DNA of 40,002 bases, from positions 7,863,434 through 7,903,435 of the forward strand of contig NC_069005.1 in NCBI RefSeq assembly GCF_001194135.2, in the 5' to 3' direction. The notes under the pieces are model-generated. The model saw only the letters and a list, made by a program, of their open reading frames with translations, ran no database searches and had not been told where the DNA came from. The translations under genes and the position numbers were made by a program. Position 1 is the first letter of the stretch, and the number at the start of each line of letters is the position of its first letter. This DNA is from Octopus bimaculoides. Lineage: Eukaryota. Of this stretch, positions 10,001 to 18,300 are shown piece after piece.

Positions 10001-12003
10001 GCTTAATGATTAAGTTTATATCAGTGTAACGAGCGAAACGACCAGTATTTATTTAGGCAGCAAGACACGCCATGAAGGTCTGTGGAATCGAGGGGCCTAC
10101 CACAGCGACATCTTAATTCTCCACAAATGTCGGCTCCCACTCTGGATATAATGGAGGTGCGGAGCTCATCCACACTGAGTAGACCATCAATGTTGGCCAC
10201 AGGCAGAGCATCGATCAGTCCCCCAGGAATTTCGCACTTGCAGAATAAAATTACATTTCCTTGTACCCGAGGAAAAGTGAATTGGATTGATAAACGACTG
10301 AAGTGGGTAGGGCACAGAGTAAGATTTGACTTTGAGGAAAAATTTTTTTTTCCAAATGCTCACTATCTTACAAAAATTATATCAGCTAAGCAAATGACCG
10401 TCTCTAAAGCATTAAAAACGCTATAACATATTCAGAATACTATTTCAGAAAATTATCACCGTTCTTTTTGAGCCTATAGAAGACAAATTTAACTGGGGCA
10501 AAATGAGTAAGTCAAGAGAAGGCAAATTTGCCTCTTGAATACTCCAGAATTACATTTGAAAAAAAACTCATACACATCAATGTTCATCCCTAAACATCAG
10601 AAAGATCAGAAATGCAGCAAAAATTTGAAATATCTAAGTTAAATGAAAGGGTCATGGAAAATGGCACACGATATAAAATTGACAAAACTCGACTAAATCT
10701 AAAAACGCTATATAAAATATTTTCTATAGCTTCGTCACGATCTGCTGTAGCAGTCCTCTTCCTGTTATATTTACGGACCATACATTTAAAGAAAACAAAT
10801 TATTGAAATTACTTATTACTCATTTTGCCCCAGTTTAGATAAATTTTTTTTGAAAATGATCAAATTAGACATTAGTGTGGGGGAAAATTGACTTGGAATC
10901 CAAGAGAGAAAAGAATATCGATTGTTAATCACCATAAGTTATCCAGATATTTTACTGGCAACTTCAATTACATGTGAGTCAAAGTTGAGGAAAGATTCCT
11001 TGAAAAAGAAATAATGTACTTGTGACCTGACTGTTTCAATCTTTTTCAGCTTCAACAACTTTGTTGATCAATTTTTACTCCCAAAGATGATGCAACAGTA
11101 CGAAATGATGCTTCAATACTTGCAATGTATTGGTCTCAAATAAATAGGGAAAAAATAATGAAAAATCAGAAATTGCTCATTTTGCCCCACTTACAAATTC
11201 TACCCCCACCCCCGCCGCTACTAATGAGCAGCCGGATAGAGTGAAGGGGGTGGGGAATAATACACAGCATAGGTGCAGGAGTGGGTGTGTGGTAAGTTAC
11301 TTGCTTACCAACCACATGGTTCCGGGTTCAATCCCACTGCGTGGCATCTTGGGCAAGTGTCTTCTACTATAGTCTCGGGCCGACCAAAGCCTTGTGAGTG
11401 GATTTGGTAGACGGAAACTGAAAGAAGCCCGTCGTATATATGTATATATATATATGTGTGTGTGTGTGTCTGTATTTGTCCCCCCAACATCGCTTGACAA
11501 CCGATGCTAGTGTGTTTACGTCCCCGTAACTTAGCGGTTCGGCAAAAGAGACCGATAGAATAAGTACTAGGCTAAACAAAGAATAAGTCCTGGGGTCGAT
11601 TAGTTCGACTAAAGGCGGTGCTCCAGTATGGCCACAGTCAAATGACTGAAACAAGTAAAAGAGTAAAGAGAGCAGGATATTGGACTTGATGATAGGTGGT
11701 AACGGAGAGCTGAATGAAGTTGATAATGTGTAATAACCGTGATAGCCTAATCTCAAGTAGAAATAAACAAGAGACAAAAGAGGCCGGTTCTCTGAAAACT
11801 ATCCTCAGTCAAAACAAACCCTTTATTTTGGAACTCACCGGTGTGTTGATGTCACATTGCTCAATATCAACGTGCAGGGTGCTCCGGAGTCGAACCACGG
11901 TAGACGTACCCAAAACTAACCGGAGAGTTTGACTACGGATTAACGGCACACACCTACGAGACACGAAGCTGAACACTTTGGACAATCTAAAGGCAGCTGC
12001 CAT
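3781..12003 (-). CDS. DIABLO: Smac/DIABLO homologue (mitochondrial IAP-antagonist family), 5 coding exons, 246 aa
   Basis: Exons 12003-11839 (165 nt), 6970-6851 (120), 5104-4970 (135), 4743-4674 (70) and 4031-3781 (251). All introns are GT-AG with compatible phases (0,0,0,1), and the total of 741 nt is open. Protein: MAAAFRLSKVFSFVSRRCVPLIRSQTLRLVLGTSTVVRLRSTLHVDIEQCDINTP|IPLSGIPDFDNEFLKTKDATTTLYEVTLGILVKTENECTQ|LIYKLINYYSDYMKFVGRLDEEGERLWCLIIDTRTEINDCKDKIQ|KLQMVLSSMDRLIMQLAEVAFMSG|NEELSSEIH...DMDSIQK*. By eye it aligns with human DIABLO as recalled ([61 protein letters not shown]...AAEAAYQTG). Confidence 0.85.
4674..4743 (-). CDS. DIABLO: DIABLO-like exon 4 (70 nt, phase 0/1)
   Basis: Acceptor ttctttatcttcttcag| and donor TCAG|GTTAGT. 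Encodes KLQMVLSSMDRLIMQLAEVAFMS(G). Confidence 0.88.
4970..5104 (-). CDS. DIABLO: DIABLO-like exon 3 (45 codons, phase 0/0)
   Basis: Acceptor poly-T-gcag| and donor CAG|GTAAGG. Encodes LIYKL...GRLDEEGERLWCLIIDTRTE...KDKIQ, the most recognisable Smac segment. Confidence 0.88.
5895..6290 (-). mobile_element. Degenerate R4/Dong-like 3' fragment in DIABLO intron 2
   Basis: Remnants of VPVIPVV...AARILG and an AT-rich tail; similar in type to 17795-18190. Confidence 0.5.
6560..6835. repeat. Degenerate (AG)n/(GA)n purine tract at the 5' end of DIABLO intron 2
   Basis: Directly visible; begins about 15 nt downstream of the exon 2 donor in transcript orientation. Confidence 0.95.
6851..6970 (-). CDS. 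DIABLO: DIABLO-like exon 2 (40 codons, phase 0/0)
   Basis: Pyrimidine-rich acceptor ctttctttcattcatatag| and donor CAA|GTAAGC. Encodes IPLSGIPDF...KTENECTQ. Confidence 0.8.
7401..7944. mobile_element. hAT-type MITE
   Basis: Termini cagtgctactcaaa / tttgagaagcactg. The 8-bp flanks gattgggg and gattagag match at 6/8. Confidence 0.75.
7641..7833. repeat. Foldback inverted repeat, ~85-bp arms and 24-nt loop, nested in the hAT MITE
   Basis: Arm 7641-7725 is nearly the exact reverse complement of 7750-7833. Confidence 0.92.
8040..8416 (+). mobile_element. Probable LINE ORF1 (RRM-like) fragment running into an assembly gap
   Basis: Reads ...RKVEIAGVEEIEECLKEV...GAV*VRF...RRTARVRIGRVPPGINEDWL, with a stop, resembling non-LTR ORF1 proteins. 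Clade not assignable. Confidence 0.5.
9550..10230 (-). mobile_element. CRE-like (RLE-type) non-LTR retrotransposon 3' fragment
   Basis: Contains the Cys/His segment RCRCG...HGVSC, then INLIIKRALARINIPSVLE..GLSRSDGKRPDGLTFCPW, then FQPVAFETFG...REGAWLFQRLSLA-RGNAA. Frameshifted. Confidence 0.85.
10491..10835 (-). mobile_element. Pogo/Tigger-like MITE (345 bp) retaining the transposase start
   Basis: Perfect 20-bp TIRs aactggggcaaaatgagtaa (10491-10510) and ttactcattttgccccagtt (10816-10835). The minus ORF from 10781, MVRKYNRKRTATADRDEAIENI, resembles pogo HTH-psq transposase N-termini. Confidence 0.75.
11275..11671 (+). mobile_element. SINE family B copy, 170 bp into DIABLO intron 1 (antisense)
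   Basis: Same sequence as 1833-2220. Confidence 0.9.
11839..12003 (-). CDS. DIABLO: DIABLO-like exon 1: mitochondrial targeting presequence
   Basis: ATG in a good context (gtaATGG on the minus strand). The first ~40 aa are Arg/Ser/Leu-rich and contain no acidic residue. The exon ends CCG|GTGAGT (phase 0). The ORF-track start at 12045 is TTG, not ATG. Confidence 0.8.
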
Positions 12004-12313
12004 TACTTCGTTTCTTACAAGACTTTGATCAAGGAAAGACGACAATGCCGAGCAGACATTTTCACAAATAAAGTCACTTCACAGATTCGTACTTTACGTT
12101 TTTTTTTTTTTCAAATATATTTTGAGTATCATTTTTAAATTATGAAAGTATAAAGAAACGTTGTTATATTTCATTTGTCTTTTTTTTAATTTTATATTTC
12201 TAGCAAAACAAAATCCCAAATATTTCTTTAGACAAGTTTTCCAATAAATACGGAACTAGATGCGACTCAGCTTATACTTACAGCAAAGTCTGTTGTGACT
12301 GCCAGCTGATAAC
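12004..12313. promoter_or_regulatory. Putative bidirectional promoter plus both 5' UTRs between the DIABLO-like and PCYOX genes
   Basis: Only 310 nt separate the two divergent ATGs, so both TSSs probably lie in or overlap this interval unless there are unseen upstream non-coding exons. No specific core motif is claimed. Confidence 0.7.
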
Positions 12314-12395
12314 ATGTCGAAGTTGCTCCTGTCAATCACATTGCTTCTCTACCTAGGCTTTGTATTGGGTTTTGACGAAGAATTACCTAGAATCG
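12314..12395 (+). CDS. PCYOX1: PCYOX exon 1: signal peptide
   Basis: aacATG. Encodes MSKLLLSITLLLYLGFVLGFDEELPRI, a hydrophobic signal peptide. Donor G|GTAAGT joins in frame to exon 2 to give PRI-A-IVGAG. Confidence 0.9.
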
Positions 12396-15300
12396 GTAAG
12401 TTTACTTGACAATTTACAATTACAATAGTAATTTTTTTCCCCTCCTGCTTTCTCAGTCAACAGACGTTTCGTGTCAAGACATGCTTGTTTATTCTTTTTG
12501 GTGGGAGTAAGTTCATTCGTATTCATTTATACACAACATGCACGCAATAGAGAGCCCGTGTGCTGTTACTAGACAGGTTAAAATTAAGGAAGGGATACAT
12601 TGGATAACGGTGGTCATGCATATCCCTAGTCAGATGGGATGGTCATTGCTAGAATGCTTTTAAACATTAGTTTGCTCAGTCATCGGTAATCTGGGACTAA
12701 ACAACTTCAATAACATACTGTGTTCGAAACCACGAAGGAGCCTCCGCCAGTTAGAAATCGTAGCCAGTCGCACTCAAATTATATCCTATTCGCTTAAAAA
12801 AAAAAAAAGGCGCACATTCGCAAGAAGAAAACAAAACCAGACGGACACATTGGATAATGAAGTCCAATATACACCGTCTAAAAAAACGGGATGGCCACGG
12901 ACGGAATGTTTTTGTCGTAGGGGTGCTGACTAGGCTTGTCCTGCAGTTTGACAACAGTCACAACAAATAATGGAGTTCGATTCTGTTCAGTTTCTATTCT
13001 AACATCAACAGGTGCGTGACATCTGTTGCTGTCAAGTGTTTCCCTTTTGGGAGGGAACTTTTACGTGGTCGCTCGATTTGCGAGAAACAATAGCTAAATC
13101 TCTATAAATTCACATTGTCTACACTTTGAGAAAAGAGCACGTTGGATAATGCAGCCCTGGTAGATCTAACAACTAAATCTCCTTCGTTCCAACAAAAGAA
13201 GGACACGTCGACTATTGTAGATTTGTACACATACCGGCTTTGAGTAAAACAAAACCGAAAGGAACAGCTTTGAATATTGTGTCTGAAGAAAAAAATAAAT
13301 AAATAAAATAAAGATAGCCGAAGCTGAAATGTTCAGCCAGAGTCGCCCTGATGTCAACAACATATGCTTGCCCCCTCATGTTCACCACTCTACATTATTG
13401 ATAAAGTAGGCGCAAAATTACCCAAAGTAGTGAACCTGGAAATTTTGATAAAAATGCCGTGGCTTATCTATATGAAGTACATTTAGTACCCACTTAGCTT
13501 ATAATTTTTCGTACAACAGGCGAAAGCGTACTTTTGTTTTTTTTCTTCAGTCGTTCTAATTTGTGTAAGATCCTTCTTTACGTTCCATAGGCTCGGGCGT
13601 GGCTTTGTTGCTTCCCGACCACATGGTTCCGACTTCAGTCCCGCTGCAAGGTACCTTGGACAAGTGTCTTCTACTATAGCCCCTGGGGTTAGCGTGCATT
13701 TTTTTCCATATTCGTTCGCTACACATCATTTTACACCCATTACACTATTTTTTTTTCTTTCAGTTTTGTGACCGGTTGTTAAAGTTAGGTTATCGGATCG
13801 TGTGAATTTTCCGAGTTCTCTCCTCACCCCACCCCGTTCGTCAGCGCGCATTTTTTTGTTTTCATAAATTCGTTTACTACACATTATTTTACACCTCTTA
13901 CACTTTTTAAAAAATTTNNNNNNNNNNNNNNNNNNNNNNNNNNNNNNNNNNNNNNNNNNNNNNNNNNNNNNNNNNNNNNNNNNNNNNNNNNNNNNNNNNN
14001 NNNNNNNNNNNNNNNNNNNNNNNNNNNNNNNNNNNNNNNNNNNNNNNNNNNNNNNNNNNNNNNNNNNNNNNNNNNNNNNNNNNNNNNNNNNNNNNNNNNN
14101 NNNNNNNNNNNNNNNNNNNNNNNNNNNNNNNNNNNNNNNNNNNNNNNNNNNNNNNNNNNNNNNNNNNNNNNNNNNNNNNNNNNNNNNNNNNNNNNNNNNN
14201 NNNNNNNNNNNNNNNNNNNNNNNNNNNNNNNNNNNNNNNNNNNNNNNNNNNNNNNNNNNNNNNNNNNNNNNNNNNNNNNNNNNNNNNNNNNNNNNNNNNN
14301 NNNNNNNNNNNNNNNNNNNNNNNNNNNNNNNNNNNNNNNNNNNNNNNNNNNNNNNNNNNNNNNNNNNNNNNNNNNNNNNNNNNNNNNNNNNNNNNNNNNN
14401 NNNNNNNNNNNNNNNNNNNNNNNNNNNNNNNNNNNNNNNNNNNNNNNNNNNNNNNNNNNNNNNNNNNNNNNNNNNNNNNNNNNNNNNNNNNNNNNNNNNN
14501 NNNNNNNNNNNNNNNNNNNNNNNNNNNNNNNNNNNNNNNNNNNNNNNNNNNNNNNNNNNNNNNNCGATGTTGGTGTGTTTATGTACCGTAAGCTAGCAGT
14601 TCGGCAAAAGAGACCGATAGAATAAGTAGTAGGCTTACAAAGAATAAGTCCTGGGGTCGATTTGTTCAACTAATGGTGATACTCCAGCATGGCTGCAGTC
14701 AAATGACTGAAACAAATAAAGGAATAGTCCCCGTTGTGGTCCACCCACTTCTTCCATCGGTGTTGCAGTATTAGGATCCCATTAGTAAAGAAGTTTTCAT
14801 TTTGTTGGTTTAAAAAGTCATCAACAGCAGATGTGACGTCAGCACTGCGATGCTGGTTCCCAGTTAAGTGTTTTTTTTCCATGTCAGGAAACAGATAGTA
14901 TTGAGATAGGGCCAAATCAGGAGAATAGGGAGGGTAATCAGCAAGTTCAAAGCCACAGTCATGCACAGCAGCCATTGAAACTAAGGACTTGTGTGCTGGA
15001 TTATTGACCTGATAAAGCAAGACCCCTGTTGTCAGTTTTCCTGGGCGTTTAGATTTGATAACTTTTCATAACTGCCTGAACAAGTTGGCATGTACTTTCC
15101 ATTGGTGGTGTGGCTCTTTTGAAGATAGTCAATAAACACAAAAAATTCCCTGCAGATAAAATGACCTTGGCCTTCTTTGGTGCAGGTAAAGAAGGGTGTT
15201 TCTACTGTATGAATGTAGCCCTTTAAGGCTAAACCCTTTTTCTACAAGTACTTGATAACACCACAGTGCCAAATTTTGTCGAGGAGCCTGGTGTAGCCAC

Positions 15301-18300
15301 CTGGTTCACCAGTCCTCAGTCAAATCGTCCAACCCATGCCAGCATGGAAAGCGGACGTTATACGATGATGATGAAGTCACTTCTAGTTACTTTTGAAGTT
15401 TTCTTTAAATAGTCAGATGTCAGTTTACCTGGAAAGAAACAATGCAGTTATTAATAAGATGGGTTGAAATTAATGCATGCAAGATTTCACAGCACTAGCA
15501 CCACTCCTTCATAGTCAGCTTATGAACTTTTCAGCCTACCCCTGTGTATATATATCATCATTATCATTGTCTTTTATGCATGCATTGGTAAGACAGTTGA
15601 CAGGAGCCAGCCAGGAAGAAGACTACCCCCAGGTGTCTGTTTGGCAGAGGTTTTGCAGCTGGATGCCCTTCCTAATACCAAATCTCTCCACAGAGTGGAC
15701 TAAGTGCTTTTACATGACACCAGCACAGGTGATGTCAGTTTTGGCATGATTCTTACAGCTGGATGCCATTCCAAATGCCAACCACTTTACAGTGTGGACT
15801 GGATTCTTTTTACTTGGTACCAGCAGGATAACCAAGTAACTTGCAAGACAAGGAATTTTGAGAGGGGAAGGGATCTTGTGTTAGATGATGGCAAAGGTTG
15901 AACGCTTTGATATGATCTGACAAGCTCCAGGACTGCGTTGAGCTCCAATGCCATTGTTTCTGCAAGTGGTTGCCCTTCCTAATGCCAACCACTTTACAGG
16001 GTATACTGGGTGCTTTTCAAGCCACTGGCACTTAAAAATTTAAAAGAAAAGGAAAATGTCCCTTCAACTAAGTGGGGTTAGTATTTAAGAGAAGATGACA
16101 GCTTTAAGTTGAGAGGCTGAAATATGATAGGGAGACAGGCACAGGTGTCTATCTTTCTCTCTCTCTCTCTGTACAGAGGCAGTACAATGCTACCCTGAAT
16201 TATATAAGGGTGGGTGGGAGTAGCTTGAAAGAAGATAAAGATGGTAGTGATGGTGTACGAAAGTGAACTCTCAAGGTACAAAAAGGTGAGCATGTGCGAG
16301 GATACAGACAGTAGATGGGGCGGGGGAAGAGATGGTAAGTAGCTTCATAAGACTGTGTGGGAGAGTAGCAGATAGTGAGAGATTAGGTAAAGGTGAATGT
16401 AGTGTGTGATGTATCTGTAGAATGCTCAGTTGGCCCCATATCTATGAAGCTGTTATGTAATCTAATTGAATGAACTGAAATACATTTTCTTGAAACTGAT
16501 GGTGGATCTGTTTATTTTTACTTTATATGGATTAGAATACACCCTCATTCACCTAATGTCAAAACATTTTCTCTTTCTCTCACCACACACATGTGTATGT
16601 TGATGCAAACTGGAAAAATAGACCTCAAAATATGAGCATATGTACATTTTAATTAATATTTAGCAGAAGTAACAGTGACTCAAAGTAATGTCAGAAGAAA
16701 TGCCACTAAGCATCATGCCCAATGTGCAAATGATCGTGCCAGTTTGTTGCTCTGATGGGAGATCTAATAATCGTATTTGTCTGTGTGTCATTCAAGCTAA
16801 AACTATCAAAAGGGGAGCACAACAACAAACCTTGAAAGATAAAAGCTTGATATAATATCTATTGTTAATAAATCTTAACCAGAGTAAAGTTCTTTTTCCT
16901 TATTAACGTGGTTCTATCGGCAGAATCAGAAATAGCATTGGACAAAAATGCCTTGTGATATTTAATCACTTCATTCTATGTACAGAGTTCAAATCCCGCA
17001 TTGATTTCATCTTTCTGGAGTTGATAAAGTACTAGTAATATACTGGGATCTATTTTATTGATAAACCCTTTCCCCAAATTTCTGTCTTTGTGTTTATATT
17101 AGGAACAATTATAATAATAATAATATTAATAATAATAGTAATAATAATAATATTAATAATAATGAAATTATTGTGTATAGTGTTCAGGTGCACTACAACT
17201 CACCAAAGGTGCATGTACAGTAAATAGAATTATGTATGAAAGTCAGGATAGTAAATGGTGTATGAGTCATGATATACATGTGTGTATGTGTATGGACAGG
17301 GTGAGTGGATATCAGGTGTAGTGTTGGCGAATTTCAGGAAGCATGGAGGTTTTAAAGGATGCAGTGTCTCGGCAACTAACAACTGATGCAGGTGGTTTAT
17401 TCCATGCTTCAGTGAGTGTGAAAAAAATGTTTATGAAAGTCACAGGAGCTGTGCTGTTTTCTGACTTTATAGGCATGCCCACATTTGTTAGACTCATGGA
17501 GTTCAAAAAGGTGTTCAAGGTAGTTGTTGGCATGATGGTTTATAATTTTGTGGGTGTTTACTAAGTCAGTTGCCAGACATCGGAACTTCAATGTATCTAT
17601 GCCTTGAAGCTCCAACGTCTGGTAACTGACTTAGTAAACACCCAGTTAATTTTACTTATGCTGTAAAGGTTGATATTATATTTCATTCTTTCAGGGTTTT
17701 AGAAAATAATTACCAGTAGAGCACTGGGGGGTCAGTATTATCGGCTTCCCTGCTTCCTTCAAAATTGCCAGCCTTGTCCTAAAATTTGAAACCATTATTG
17801 TTATTATTTGATGAAAACTCTCAACTTATTTTGCTGGGTATGATGGAAAGTGTCAGCTGTCCACAGCCAGCAGACTAAGGTGACACTTGTTTATTGGTCA
17901 TGCTTCAAGGACTCTGAGAAGAATTCTTGCAGTTCCAAGCAATGCTGGTTTTTGTAAGCGTTGTATCTTTACATTTGTATCATTCTTTCTGATCCATGTT
18001 GGTAGCTGAGTGCTGATACTTCCAAGTGCACCAATTACTATTGCTATCATATCTACTCTCATTGACCACAGCCTTCATATTTCCCAATTCATCGTAGTTG
18101 TTCAGTTTTTCTTCTTTCTCTTTGATCCTGTTGTCACCAGGACACGCTATGTCAATTATCATGCAAGTTCTTTCATTTTTATATACCATATTATTATTAT
18201 TAAGGTGTGAAGGCTTGTGGCATAGTGGTTTTTTAATTTATGCTTGTTTTTCTTAATTGATTAATTAATTTAAAAAAAAAATAATAGTGGGAATTTCGCT

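Noticed and set aside
10960-11140. Possible extra DIABLO exon (DQYIASIEASFRTVASSLG...)
   Set aside because: All three frames hit stops. It lies among pogo-like TIR remnants and is more likely transposon debris.
12004-12045. N-terminal extension of the DIABLO-like ORF shown in the ORF track
   Set aside because: Begins at TTG; the ATG at 12003 has a good context and starts the presequence.
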